The notes: generated by a model not told the origin, from the sequence alone. 64,000 bases of DNA from Acidimicrobiales bacterium (GCA_039915945.1 JBDSMH010000017.1:1824-65823); one strand, 5' to 3'; numbered from the stretch's first letter, positions 9,599 to 19,150 are shown. Numbers and translations: made by a program.

Positions 9599-10375
9599 AT
9601 GGCCGACGACGGCATCGAAGTTCGCATCGACGACGGCATTGCGTTCGTCCGACTTTCTCGCGCGCCACGCCGCAACGCCATGGGCCTCGAGTTCATGCAC
9701 TCGCTCGAACGCGCCATCGACGAACTCGCCACCGACTCGTCGGTGCAGGTACTCGTAGTCGAAGCCGACGGGCCCGCATTCTCCGCCGGGCACGACATCG
9801 CCGAGATGCTCGATCGCGACGAGCGCTACTACGTCGAGCTGTTCAGCCGTTGTTCGATGCTGATGCACTCGCTGCGTCGTGCACCACAACCCGTCATCGC
9901 CAAGGTCGACGGCATCGCCACGGCCGCGGGCTGCCAGCTCGTAGCCGGCTGCGATCTCGCGGTTGCGTCCGATCGTTCGAGGTTCGCCACACCGGGCGTA
10001 CGCATCGGCTTGTTCTGTTCGACACCGATGGTGCCGATTTCACGGGCCATCGGTATGAAGCGGGCGCTCGAGATGCTCTTCACCGGCGAGCCGATCGACG
10101 CGCAGACCGCGCTCGACTGGGGCCTCGTCAACCGGGTCGTCCCGGTTGATCAACTCGATGCCGCAGTCGTCGCGCTGGCCGCCCAGATCATGCAGTTCAG
10201 CGCGTCCACGCTCGCGCTCGGCAAACGGGCGTTCTACGAACAACTCGGCCTCGACGAACCGTCCGCGTACTCGGCAATGACCTCGGTGATGGTCGACAAC
10301 GCGCTGCAACCGGCGGCGCGCGAAGGCATGCACGCGTTCGTCGAAAAACGTCCGCCCGTGTGGCCCGACCGCTGA
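9599..10375 (+). CDS. enoyl-CoA hydratase/isomerase family protein
   Basis: The RRNAM...PAFSAGHDIAEM...VIAKVDGIATAAGCQLVAGCDLAVAS...GLVNRVVP pattern is crotonase-fold. Confidence 0.9.
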   Translation: MADDGIEVRIDDGIAFVRLSRAPRRNAMGLEFMHSLERAIDELATDSSVQVLVVEADGPAFSAGHDIAEMLDRDERYYVELFSRCSMLMHSLRRAPQPVIAKVDGIATAAGCQLVAGCDLAVASDRSRFATPGVRIGLFCSTPMVPISRAIGMKRALEMLFTGEPIDAQTALDWGLVNRVVPVDQLDAAVVALAAQIMQFSASTLALGKRAFYEQLGLDEPSAYSAMTSVMVDNALQPAAREGMHAFVEKRPPVWPDR

Positions 10376-10385
10376 GCTGAGTTCG

Positions 10386-10802
10386 CTATTGCGTGCCTTC
10401 ACGTTCTTGCACGAGTTCGATCAGCGTGCCGAACGAGCCCTTGGGGTGCACGAAGGCCACCGTCGTGCCGCGCGATCCGGGGCGCGGGGCGTGGTCGATC
10501 GGCTTTCCTCCGGCAGCGATCACCGACGCCAGCGCTTTGGTGCAGTCGTCGACGCGATAGCCGACGTGATGGATGCCTTCGCCCCGCTTGGCGAGGAAGA
10601 TGGCGATCGGAGAGTCCGGCCGCGTCGCGGTGGTCAGCTGGATATACGAATCGGCCACCTTCAACAGCGCCTCTTCGACGCCGTCGCGCTCGACCACCTC
10701 GCGGTGGTGCACCGTTGCGCCGAAGGCCGCCTCGTAGTAGGCGATGGCTGCCGCGAGGTCGTGGACAGCGATGGCGACGTGGTCGATCTCGGTCAGCAGC
10801 AT
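10386..10802 (-). CDS. mce: methylmalonyl-CoA epimerase (VOC superfamily)
   Basis: MLLTEIDHVAIAVHDLAAAIAYYE...GEGIHHVGYRVDD...VAFVHPKGSFGTLIELVQ. Internal ATG 10802 chosen; the upstream 34 codons of the track ORF look non-coding. Confidence 0.85.
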   Translation of the reverse strand: MLLTEIDHVAIAVHDLAAAIAYYEAAFGATVHHREVVERDGVEEALLKVADSYIQLTTATRPDSPIAIFLAKRGEGIHHVGYRVDDCTKALASVIAAGGKPIDHAPRPGSRGTTVAFVHPKGSFGTLIELVQEREGTQ

Positions 10803-10970
10803 GTGGTCTCCGATGGCGCAGTTGGCACGGCCGCGAGGGTTGGGTGCCCACCTCACGGCGCAGCGATAGGCGAGTCTAGGGGTGGTCCAGGGACCCATTT
10901 CCACGCCAGGGCTTACCTTGGGACCACGCTGAGTGAGATACTAGGACGCGTATTGTGAGGTAAGGGCAGA

Positions 10971-12086
10971 ATGGCAATGACACCGGGCGATATCGAGAGC
11001 CGCGCGTTTCGCACGGTCCGCAAGGGCTATGCCCCTGAAGAGGTGCGAGGTTTCCTCCACGAGGTTGCCGTCAACCTCGCGAAACAGCCCCGGCCCGAAC
11101 TGGCACAAGTGGGGGCCGAAGTCGCCAACGTGCTCGAAAGCGCGCACCGCACGGCGTCCGAGATAGAAGCCAATGCCCGGGCACGCGCCGCCGAGATCAT
11201 CGCCGAGGCCGAGGCCACCGTCAGCTCCCAGCGCGGCGACGTCCAACGCGTCAAGACCCAGGCCGAGGTCGAGCTGACCAACGCCCGCGCCGAGGCCAAG
11301 CGCATCCGGTCCGAGGCCGAGGCATTCGCGACGCAACACCGCACGAGCGCCGAACAGGCCCACATCGACGCCGAGTCCTTCGCCGAGGCCGAGCAGGCCC
11401 GCATCAAGCAGCTCTGGGAGGGTCTCAACTCCGAGACGACCACGCGCAAGGGCGAGGCCGACGATTACGCCAAGCGAGTGCGGTCCGAGGCCGACGAAGC
11501 CGCTCGCATCTTGCGTACCGAAGCCGAAGAGCGCGCCGCTCGCATCGCGGCCGAGGCCGACGAAGCTGTCCGTAAAGTGCGCGACAAGGCCGCGCAGGAC
11601 ACCGAAGAATTGGTCAGAGATGCCGAGGAGCGCGCCGCCAAGATGGTGGCCGAGGCCGAGGCCACGGCGTCGAGATTGGTCGACAGCGCCAAAGTGCGCG
11701 CGGAGGAAGAAGAACTCAACGCGCAGGAGCGTGCTCAGGCCCGTTCGATCGAGATCCTCAGCCAGTCCCAAGAGCGCCTCGATCTGATCCTGACCACCGA
11801 GCGACGCGTGCACGACCGTCTCGTCGCCGCGCTGGCCGAGGTACAGACGGCCGTCGAGTTGGTCGGGGGCGCCCCCGAGCGCCCGCTCGTCAGCCCGCCC
11901 GACGACGACACGTCCGGACAGGCCCCGAGTGCCCGCTCGACCCGCCCCCAGTTCGACCAGTTTGCGCCGGTGACCCAGCCTGAACACGCCGCCGTCGATC
12001 CGGCCGATCGTGACTCTTTGTCACGAATGGTGGGCGATGCCGTCGGGCAGGCATTGCGGCCTTTCCAGCAAGGTTCGAGTTCCTGA
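10971..12086 (+). CDS. DivIVA domain-containing coiled-coil protein
   Basis: The N-terminal MTPGDIESRAFRTVRKGYAPEEVRGFL is the DivIVA motif. A long AEAE/R-rich coiled coil follows. Confidence 0.8.
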   Translation: MAMTPGDIESRAFRTVRKGYAPEEVRGFLHEVAVNLAKQPRPELAQVGAEVANVLESAHRTASEIEANARARAAEIIAEAEATVSSQRGDVQRVKTQAEVELTNARAEAKRIRSEAEAFATQHRTSAEQAHIDAESFAEAEQARIKQLWEGLNSETTTRKGEADDYAKRVRSEADEAARILRTEAEERAARIAAEADEAVRKVRDKAAQDTEELVRDAEERAAKMVAEAEATASRLVDSAKVRAEEEELNAQERAQARSIEILSQSQERLDLILTTERRVHDRLVAALAEVQTAVELVGGAPERPLVSPPDDDTSGQAPSARSTRPQFDQFAPVTQPEHAAVDPADRDSLSRMVGDAVGQALRPFQQGSSS

Positions 12087-12128
12087 ACTGGGTCTTTGCC
12101 CGTTCGTAACCAAATCGCAAGATTTCTC

Positions 12129-12158
12129 TTGCCAGCCGAATCGGCGATGTTGTAAAGT
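12129..12158 (+). promoter_or_regulatory. sigma70/SigA-like promoter candidate (TTGCCA-18 nt-TAAAGT)
   Basis: -35 TTGCCA at 12129-12134 and -10 TAAAGT at 12153-12158 with an 18-nt spacer. It sits in a 340-nt gap with no credible ORF. Confidence 0.35.
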
Positions 12159-12164
12159 AATCGT

Positions 12165-12405
12165 AACGTTCGGATCGGGGGATGGAGCCACCGCAGCTCC
12201 ACCTCCCACCCCTGATGCGATCGCCCGAAGTGTCACCTCGGCCAGCCGGTACAAGAGTCCGCCCGCGCCCGGCTAGTCGAGGTGGCACATTCGGGATTTT
12301 CGAGAACACTTCGGCCAGAGAGTGTAACCCCTCCTCCTTCCCGGGTCGAAGACAACGGCCGGGTCTGCTTGCCAAGGCAACGGACCCGCCGCATTTCTTT
12401 TTGCT
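12165..12405 (+). ncRNA. candidate small RNA (about 240 nt) with C-rich single-stranded stretches
   Basis: Bounded by the promoter candidate and a strong intrinsic terminator. Predicted 11-bp stem GGGGGAUGGAG/CUCCACCUCCC and 9-bp pairing CCGAAGUGU/ACACUUCGG. C-rich tracts CCACCUCCCACCCC and ACCCCUCCUCCUUCCC. Confidence 0.35.
12357..12405 (+). terminator. intrinsic terminator hairpin plus T-run
   Basis: The arms GGCCGGGUCUGCUUGCC and GGCAACGGACCCGCC form an imperfect stem of about 14 bp, followed by CAUUUCUUUUU. It may also act on the minus strand for recR. Confidence 0.55.
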
Positions 12406-12428
12406 GTCGAGAACGCGTCGCGCGTTGC

Positions 12429-13040
12429 TCAGTCGACGTCGAGGTCGCGGCGCGATCGCAATGCCCGACCGAGCGTCAATTCATCCGCGAATTCGAGATC
12501 GCCGCCCACGGGCAAGCCGGTGGCGAGGCGGGTGACGACGAGACCCAACGGCTTGAGTAGCCGATAGAGATACGTCGCGGTGGCGTCACCCTCGAGCGTC
12601 GAGTTGGTGCACATGATGATCTCGGTGATGCCTTCGCCCTCGAGGCGCCCCAGCAACTCACGGATGCGCAACTCGTTGGGGCCGACGCGGTCGATGGGAC
12701 TGATCGCGCCCTGCAACACGTGGTACTTGCCGCGGAACTCGCCGGTGCGTTCGATGGCGACCACGTCTTTGGGCTCTTCGACCACGCACACCACATGGCC
12801 GTCACGGCGCTCGTCGATGCAGATGTGGCAGAGTTCGCCCTCGGCGATGTTGAAGCAACGGGCGCAGAAGCCGATGCGCTCTTTGAGGTCGGTGATTGCC
12901 GTCGCGAGGCGGGCCGCTTCGGGCTTGGACGCGCGCAACAGGTGATAGGCGATGCGTTGGGCGGATTTGGGCCCGATGCCGGGGAGCCGGCTCAACTCGT
13001 CGATGACATCTTGTACGGGCTGTGCGTAATGCGACGCCAC
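12429..13040 (-). CDS. recR: recombination protein RecR
   Basis: [20 protein letters not shown] HhH motif, CxxC...C zinc finger ([16 protein letters not shown]) and Toprim region. Confidence 0.95.
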   Translation of the reverse strand: MASHYAQPVQDVIDELSRLPGIGPKSAQRIAYHLLRASKPEAARLATAITDLKERIGFCARCFNIAEGELCHICIDERRDGHVVCVVEEPKDVVAIERTGEFRGKYHVLQGAISPIDRVGPNELRIRELLGRLEGEGITEIIMCTNSTLEGDATATYLYRLLKPLGLVVTRLATGLPVGGDLEFADELTLGRALRSRRDLDVD

Positions 13041-13475
13041 TTACGCACCACCGAGCAGGCCGCCCAGTCCTCCCAGGCCGCCGAGCCCGCCCATCATGTC
13101 CTGTTGGATGCGCGCTTGCGCGTCACGGATCTTGGTCGAAGCGTCGTTGAGCGCGGCGAGGATCATGTCCTCGAGCATCTCGACATCGTCGGGATCGACG
13201 GCATCGGGCCGAATCGTCAACTTGGAGAACTCGAACCCTCCGTTGACCCACACGCGCACGGCACCGCCGGCCGCGCTGCCTTCGACGAGCTCGCTGGCCG
13301 CTTGTTGCGCGCGGGCCATCGCCTGTTGCGCCGCGCCGAGCAGCCCGCCGAGATCGCCGCCCAACAACCCCGCGAAACCAGCACCATCGTCGACGTCCTC
13401 GTCGAGGTCGAACAATTCGTCAGGGTCGTCGGGGTCGTCACCGGCACCGTAGGGCACCAACTCATCGCCAGGCAT
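13041..13475 (-). CDS. ybaB: YbaB/EbfC family nucleoid-associated protein with acidic N-terminal extension
   Basis: Core LLGAAQQAMARAQQAASEL...GGAVRVWVNGGFEFSKLTIRPDAVDPDDVEMLEDMILAALNDA. Located between dnaX and recR. Confidence 0.85.
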   Translation of the reverse strand: MPGDELVPYGAGDDPDDPDELFDLDEDVDDGAGFAGLLGGDLGGLLGAAQQAMARAQQAASELVEGSAAGGAVRVWVNGGFEFSKLTIRPDAVDPDDVEMLEDMILAALNDASTKIRDAQARIQQDMMGGLGGLGGLGGLLGGA

Positions 13476-13478
13476 GGG

Positions 13479-15305
13479 TCACTCCTCGATGATCTCGGCG
13501 CCGGGGAAGGCAGTAGTCAATTGGTCGATGAGCGAGCCCGCCGCGGGCGCGTCTTCGAGTTCGGTGAGATCGATGTGCTCGTCGCTGTCACCGTGGCGAT
13601 CGTCGACCAGTCGAACGGCGATGGCACGGCCCACACTCTGCCCGAACACCGCCTCGACGTCGGCGCGCACCTGATCGCAGCGAGCGCGGTGCGTGTCGGT
13701 GCTGAAGGTGAACGTGACGCTGTCGCCGTCCGCGGCGAGGGGCACACCCAGGAAGAGGGCGCGGGTCTTGGCCGACAATGCGGGGACCACCGTCGAGGTC
13801 CACAGGGATACGAGATCACCGTCGACCGCACCGGATGCCGGGACCGCAGGGGGCGCGGGCGCATCCGCCACGGCCACCGGCCGCGGGGGAGCGGCGCGCG
13901 TCGGTGCCGCAGGCGCAGGACGAGACGGGGTGGTCGCGGGGGCGCTGCGGGCGGTGCCGCCGCCGGGACGGCGATTGGACCCCAACTGCTGGCGAGCCTC
14001 GTCGGCCGGTCGACGAGCGCCCGTGGCGGCGGCAGGGGCCGCAGGTGCGGCCGGTGGCTCGGTGGCCGGAGCGGCGGGGGCGGCAGTCGTCGGCGCCACT
14101 GGCGCCGCGGGGGCAGCCGCACGGGCGGGCGATGTCGGGGGCGCGGGGGGCGGCTTGGGGGGAGGCGCGGCCGCGGCGGGCACCGTGTCGGTGACATCGG
14201 CGCCCCGTTCGAGTCGGCGCTCGAGTCGTTCGAGGCGCGCGACGAGTGCGTCGAGCGAGGTATCCGATGCAACGCGAGTGAGCTTGACCAACGCGACTTC
14301 GAGATCGATGCGGGGATCAGGTGCCTGGCGCATGTCGACGAGCGCGGTGCCGACGATCTCGAGCGCGTGGGTCAGCGCGCCCGGCGAGAGCTGCGTCGAG
14401 AACTGTTGGGCGCGAGCCCGCTCGGTTTCGGTCAACTGTGCGGCGGCTGCCCCCATCGCCACGAGGAAAACCGAGCGGAGTGCATCGATCAACGACTCGC
14501 CGATGACGCGGGGGTCGCGCCCGATGCGGGTGGCTTCGGCGACAGTGGCGATGGCGCGGGCCGCGTCGTGGTCCGCGAGTGCGCTCAGCAATTCGTTGAC
14601 GGTCGAATCGTCGTGGGCGACACCGCCGGCCGCGAGGACCTGATCGAGTGCGGACAACGTGTCGCGCGCGGAACCGCCACCGACGCGGACGACGTATTCG
14701 ACCATGTCGTCGGTGACCCCGAGGCTGGCGTCGCCCGAGATCCAGCGCACATGCTCGGCCATCTCATCGGCGGAGAGCAGCGTGAGCTCGAGGTGCTGTG
14801 TTCGGCTGCGGATCGTCGCGACGACCTTGTGGGGCTCGGTCGTGGCCAGCACGAAGACCACGTGGTCGGGCGGTTCTTCGAGCGTCTTCAACAACGCGTT
14901 CTCGGCACCGGAGGACAACATGTGCACTTCGTCGAGCAGATAGACCTTGGTGCGCCCGGGTGTACCCAGGGCGACCTTGGACAACAGGTCGCGCATGTCG
15001 TCGACCTTGTTGTTGGAGGCTGCGTCGAGTTCGTGCAGATCGAACGAGGTGCCGGCCTCGATCGACTTGCAGGGCGGACATTGTCCACAAGGCTCGCCGT
15101 CGATCGGCTGCTCGCAGTTGAGCACCTTGGCGAGGATGCGGGCGAGCGTGGTCTTGCCGGTGCCGCGGGGCCCCGACAGTAGGTAGGCGTGGCCGACACG
15201 GTTGTCGCGCACGGCGTTTTGCAGCGCGCGGATGACGTGATGCTGGCCTTTGACCTCGCCGAACTTCTGTGGCCGGTAACGCCGGTAGAGGGACTGGTAC
15301 TCCAT
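13479..15305 (-). CDS. dnaX: DNA polymerase III subunit gamma/tau
   Basis: MEYQSLYRRYRPQKFGEVKGQHH...GPRGTGKTT...CGQCPPC Zn module. Long Pro/Ala-rich linker. Confidence 0.95.
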   Translation of the reverse strand: MEYQSLYRRYRPQKFGEVKGQHHVIRALQNAVRDNRVGHAYLLSGPRGTGKTTLARILAKVLNCEQPIDGEPCGQCPPCKSIEAGTSFDLHELDAASNNKVDDMRDLLSKVALGTPGRTKVYLLDEVHMLSSGAENALLKTLEEPPDHVVFVLATTEPHKVVATIRSRTQHLELTLLSADEMAEHVRWISGDASLGVTDDMVEYVVRVGGGSARDTLSALDQVLAAGGVAHDDSTVNELLSALADHDAARAIATVAEATRIGRDPRVIGESLIDALRSVFLVAMGAAAAQLTETERARAQQFSTQLSPGALTHALEIVGTALVDMRQAPDPRIDLEVALVKLTRVASDTSLDALVARLERLERRLERGADVTDTVPAAAAPPPKPPPAPPTSPARAAAPAAPVAPTTAAPAAPATEPPAAPAAPAAATGARRPADEARQQLGSNRRPGGGTARSAPATTPSRPAPAAPTRAAPPRPVAVADAPAPPAVPASGAVDGDLVSLWTSTVVPALSAKTRALFLGVPLAADGDSVTFTFSTDTHRARCDQVRADVEAVFGQSVGRAIAVRLVDDRHGDSDEHIDLTELEDAPAAGSLIDQLTTAFPGAEIIEE

Positions 15306-15332
15306 TGGAGGGCGAGCCTACCGGGGTGTGCC

Positions 15333-15472
15333 GGTCGCCTTCGTTTTGGCGTGACGGCCAGGCGATCTGCGGCACACCAGCGGCACCGCTGAGAGCTGCT
15401 GCCTCCCGGCCCTGACTCGGTTCACGGACGCTCGTTGCACAGGACCCGACCGTCACACCAAAACGAAGGCGA
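15333..15472 (-). ncRNA. ffs: signal recognition particle RNA (small bacterial type) with extended closing helix
   Basis: The minus strand contains GUCAGGGCCGGGAGGCAGCAGC (domain IV motif; compare GUCAGGUCCGGAAGGAAGCAGC in E. coli 4.5S). The termini form a 24-bp helix GUCGCCUUCGUUUUGGUGUGACGG/CCGUCACGCCAAAACGAAGGCGAC. It lies directly upstream of dnaX, as in Bacillus. Confidence 0.75.
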
Positions 15473-15531
15473 CATCGGCCACGAACGATAGCCTGACCAT
15501 CCGGTTTCTCCTCGCCGCGCGAGGGCTACCC

Positions 15532-15619
15532 GGAGAGCTGGCCGAGCGGACTAAGGCGCACGATTGGAAGTCGTGTGTGGGGCAACTCACCGTGGGTTCG
15601 AATCCCACGCTCTCCGCCA
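15532..15619 (+). tRNA. tRNA-Ser (anticodon GGA), CCA encoded
   Basis: Hand-folded cloverleaf. Acceptor GGAGAGC/GCUCUCC, anticodon stem CACGA/UCGUG with loop UUGGAAG, long variable arm, T-loop GUGGG-UUCGAAU-CCCAC. Confidence 0.92.
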
Positions 15620-15698
15620 ATACGTTCTGGGGTCCGCTCCGGCCCCAAGTCGCGTCAGAAAGCCATCAACTGTGCGTGCGCCGCGCCGATGGAGACGC

Positions 15699-17180
15699 GT
15701 GAGAGAGGGCAGTCGTACCCGTTCGCAGGTCGGCTTGGCACTGGCTCTGCTGGGGCCGCCGCTGATCTTCGTCGTGCTGCGCATGTACGGGGGCCTCGAC
15801 CCCTTTTATCAGGACGTCAACTTCCACGTGATCGTCGTCAGTGGCATCGCCGCGTGCGCCCTCATTGTTGCCCTGGTGTCGACGCGCGCCGCAGCCCAAG
15901 CCGACCATCCGGGGCCGGTATGGCTGGCGACGGGGTGCGTGACGCTCGGCCTGTTCTTCTTCTGCCACGGGCTGGTGACACCCGGCGTTTCGGGTCGACC
16001 GATGAACCTCTGGGTGGCGCGCACGCCGTACTTCGCGATCACGAGTTTCGCTGTTGCTCTGGTGCTCGCCAGCCGGCCGCGCTCGAAAGCCGCGTCGCAA
16101 CTCGCGGCTCGCCATCCATGGGCCGTGCTCGGCACCGCGATGGCGGTCGTCGCCGCGTTCACCGCGGTGCTCGTCGCCGACCCGACGCAGTTCCATGGCA
16201 CGCGACCGATCGCCCACGAGAACACCCTGTTGTGGATCGTCGCCGGGATCGACACCGTGCTACTCGCGGTCGCGGCGTTGGTGCATTGGCGTCGTTGGCG
16301 TCTCGGACGCGATCCGGTGCAGTACGCACTCCTTCTCGCGGCGTCGATGGCAGCAGCCGCGCTGCTGTCGTTGCGCGCCGGGCAACTGTGGCACCTCTCG
16401 TGGTGGGACTATCACGGGTTCCTGCTCGCCGGATTTGCCGGCGCGGTCTATGCGGTTTGGATTCGTTACCGCCGCACGCGCGCGGTCGATCGCGTACTCG
16501 CCTCGACGTTCGAAACGGACCCGATGGTCCACATCATCGCGGGATATCCCGAGCAACTGCGGGAGCTCGTACGCGCCGTTGAAAAGAAGGACGCGTACAC
16601 GCACGGGCATTCGCAACGCACCGCGCTCGTCGCGGTGCAACTCGGATTGCGCCTCGGCGTCGACGAAGACACTCTGCGAGCAATCGCGCGCGGCGCGTAC
16701 CTTCACGACGTCGGCAAGATCAGTATCCCCGACGAGATCCTCAACAAACCCGGCGCACTGACGCCCGACGAGCGCGCGGTGATCGAGACGCATCCGCAGT
16801 TGGGCCACGACCTCGTGGCACCGGTCGCGATCCTGCGCGAGAGCCTGACGGCGATCCTGCACCACCATGAGCGCGTCGACGGCACGGGCTATCCCCATCG
16901 TCTTTCCGGATCAGCCGTTCCGTTCATCGCGCGCGTCGTCGCGGTAGCCGACGTATGGGACGCGTTGACTTCCGACCGCTCGTACCGACCCGGATGGGCG
17001 CCCGAAGAAGCCCTCGCCCACATTCAGGCGGGAGCCGGTTCCCACTTCGATGCAGTCGTCGTCGAAGCGTTCCTCAGCCTCGCGGCCGATTGGGGGTACT
17101 CGTCCGGCGCGGACGGCGACGCCGATGAAGCGTGGCGCGCCGGCGAGACCTGCCACGAAGTCTCCAGCAGCCGCGCCTAG
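15699..17180 (+). CDS. HD-GYP domain phosphodiesterase with multi-pass membrane N-terminal domain
   Basis: The C-terminus carries HGHSQRT...YLHDVGKI...HHHERVDGTGYP...ADVWDALTSDRSYR. About 8 hydrophobic segments lie upstream. The track ORF start (15564) is inside the tRNA, so GTG 15699 is proposed. Confidence 0.85.
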   Translation: MREGSRTRSQVGLALALLGPPLIFVVLRMYGGLDPFYQDVNFHVIVVSGIAACALIVALVSTRAAAQADHPGPVWLATGCVTLGLFFFCHGLVTPGVSGRPMNLWVARTPYFAITSFAVALVLASRPRSKAASQLAARHPWAVLGTAMAVVAAFTAVLVADPTQFHGTRPIAHENTLLWIVAGIDTVLLAVAALVHWRRWRLGRDPVQYALLLAASMAAAALLSLRAGQLWHLSWWDYHGFLLAGFAGAVYAVWIRYRRTRAVDRVLASTFETDPMVHIIAGYPEQLRELVRAVEKKDAYTHGHSQRTALVAVQLGLRLGVDEDTLRAIARGAYLHDVGKISIPDEILNKPGALTPDERAVIETHPQLGHDLVAPVAILRESLTAILHHHERVDGTGYPHRLSGSAVPFIARVVAVADVWDALTSDRSYRPGWAPEEALAHIQAGAGSHFDAVVVEAFLSLAADWGYSSGADGDADEAWRAGETCHEVSSSRA

Positions 17181-17214
17181 CCGACCGGTCGGCCGCGACC
17201 GCTAGGTTGCGAGG

Positions 17215-17685
17215 GTGCCCACGTTTTCAGAATTCGATCGCGAGTTGATGGCGATCGCCCTCGACGAAGCACAAGGCGCGCTCGCGCACGGTGACGTACC
17301 GATCGGCGCCGTGGTCGCGGTCGGCGATCGCGTCATCGCGCGGCGTCACAACGAACGTGAACTCACCGGAGATCCGACCGCGCACGCCGAAGTGTTGGCG
17401 TTGCGCGACGCTGCCAGCGCACTCGGCGGTTGGCGCTTCGACGGCGCGACGCTGGTGGTCACGATCGAGCCGTGCGTGATGTGCGCGGGAGCGGCGCATC
17501 AAGCGCGGTTGTCCCGGGTGGTGTTCGGCGCCTTCGACCTCAAGGCCGGTGCGCTCGGATCGCTCTACAACGTCGGCGTCGACGCGCGGCTCAATCACGA
17601 GTTCGCGGTCGACGGGGGTCTCATGGCCGAGCAGTGCGGGGCGCTGGTCTCGCAGTTCTTCACGCGACTCCGGCTCGATCCTTAG
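17215..17685 (+). CDS. tadA: tRNA adenosine(34) deaminase
   Basis: HAEVLALRDA and PCVMCAGA zinc-binding deaminase motifs. 156 aa. Confidence 0.92.
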   Translation: MPTFSEFDRELMAIALDEAQGALAHGDVPIGAVVAVGDRVIARRHNERELTGDPTAHAEVLALRDAASALGGWRFDGATLVVTIEPCVMCAGAAHQARLSRVVFGAFDLKAGALGSLYNVGVDARLNHEFAVDGGLMAEQCGALVSQFFTRLRLDP

Positions 17686-17731
17686 AGCAACGTGGTTGGG
17701 TTGCCCCTCCCGCACCGCTACAGTCGCCGCC

Positions 17732-17821
17732 GGAAGGTTGCCAGAGCGGACGAATGGGACAGTCTCGAAAATTGTTGTGGCCTCCGGGTCACCGAGGGTT
17801 CGAATCCCTCACCTTCCGCCA
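17732..17821 (+). tRNA. tRNA-Ser (anticodon CGA), CCA encoded
   Basis: Acceptor GGAAGGU/ACCUUCC, anticodon stem ACAGU/AUUGU with loop CUCGAAA, long variable arm, T-loop GAGGG-UUCGAAU-CCCUC. Confidence 0.92.
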
Positions 17822-17896
17822 CACCCGTCCGCCGGTGTCCGGCGGAGTCCACCAGCGTCTGCTGACGTCTCTGGAGCGCCACCTCCGATGGGCGCT

Positions 17897-19150
17897 TCAG
17901 TGCACGCGGTGTCGGATCGTCCAGATCACCGCGCCGGCGGCAAGGACGCAACCGCCGCTCAATGCGCTACGGGCGGGCAAGGTGCAGGCAAGCGTGACGC
18001 AGCCGACAATTCCTGCGCCGGCGAGGCCGCGCGGCCAACGTCGTTGCTCAGGGGGCAGCGTCCAGGCGGCGGCGTTCGCGATCGCGTAATAGGTCAGCAC
18101 GCAAAACGAGCTGAAGCCGATCGCGTGGCGGACGTCGGTGATCGAGACCAAAAGGGCGACCAGAGCTCCGATGACCAAGTCAGCGCGGTGAGGGACCTTG
18201 TGTCGGGGGTGGACCGCGTTGAGCCATTGTGGAAGCTCGCCGTTCGCGGCCATGGCGAACACCGTGCGGCTGACGCCCGCGATGAGCGAAAGAAGGACGC
18301 CGAGCGCCGCGATGGCGGCGCCGACGCGTACGGCGGGCGCGAGCGCGTCGAGGTGACCGGCTCGCATAGCGGTCGCGAGCGGCGTAGCTGACTGCGCGAG
18401 CGCTCCCGGTCCGACTGCGGCAAGTGCACTGATCGCGACAAGGGCGTAGATCGCGAGTGTGATCCCGAGTGCGCGTGGGATGGCTTTGGGGATTGTGCGG
18501 GCAGGGTCGTCGACTTCTTCGCCGAGGGTGGCGATACGGGCGTAGCCCGCGAACGCAAAGAACAACAGCCCCGCGGATTGGAGGATGCCGTACGGACCGT
18601 GACCGGTGAAGTCACCGAAGTGCTCGGTGCTGGCTCGGCCTCCAAACGCGGTGCCGGCAACCACGAGAGCGAGTGCGACGAGCACCAGGGCGACGATGAC
18701 TCGCGTGAGGGCGGCGGTCTTGCGGACGCCGTGATAGTTGACCGCGGTGATGCCGACGACTGCTGCGACTGCGATGGGGCGTTGCCACGACGGGGCCACA
18801 TAGGCGCCGACGGTGAGCGCCATGCCGGCACCGCTCGCCGTCTTGCCGACCACGAACCCCCATCCGGCGAGGTACCCCCAGAAGGCGCCGAGGCGCTCGC
18901 GTCCGTACACGTAGGTGCCACCCGATGTTGGGTAGAGCGCGGCGAGCTCGGCCGACGAGGTGGCGTTGCAGTACGCCACGAACGCGGCGATGGCGAGCCC
19001 GAACAGAAGGCCGGAGCCGGCGACGCGGGCGGCGGGGCCGATCGCAATGAAGACGCCGGCACCGATCATCGACCCGAGGCCGATCACGACTGCGTCGCCG
19101 AGGCCGAGACGACGCTCGAGCCGGCCGCCGTCGGGCAAATCGAGAGGCAT
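17897..19150 (-). CDS. APC family amino acid/polyamine permease
   Basis: 417 aa with about 12 TM segments. N-terminal LGLGDAVVIGLGSMIGAGVF...NATSSAELAALYPTSGGTYVY, typical of APC permeases. Confidence 0.85.
   Translation of the reverse strand: MPLDLPDGGRLERRLGLGDAVVIGLGSMIGAGVFIAIGPAARVAGSGLLFGLAIAAFVAYCNATSSAELAALYPTSGGTYVYGRERLGAFWGYLAGWGFVVGKTASGAGMALTVGAYVAPSWQRPIAVAAVVGITAVNYHGVRKTAALTRVIVALVLVALALVVAGTAFGGRASTEHFGDFTGHGPYGILQSAGLLFFAFAGYARIATLGEEVDDPARTIPKAIPRALGITLAIYALVAISALAAVGPGALAQSATPLATAMRAGHLDALAPAVRVGAAIAALGVLLSLIAGVSRTVFAMAANGELPQWLNAVHPRHKVPHRADLVIGALVALLVSITDVRHAIGFSSFCVLTYYAIANAAAWTLPPEQRRWPRGLAGAGIVGCVTLACTLPARSALSGGCVLAAGAVIWTIRHRVH

Noticed and set aside
13479-15305. 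Programmed -1 frameshift site in dnaX (A AAA AAG type slippery heptamer for a gamma product).
   Set aside because: I could not see an A-rich slippery heptamer in the coding strand of this GC-rich gene (CTTTTTT on the plus strand).
15564-15698. Upstream extension of the HD-GYP ORF (track start 15564).
   Set aside because: It overlaps the tRNA-Ser(GGA) gene (15532-15619) and translates the tRNA sequence. The first plausible start after the tRNA is GTG 15699.
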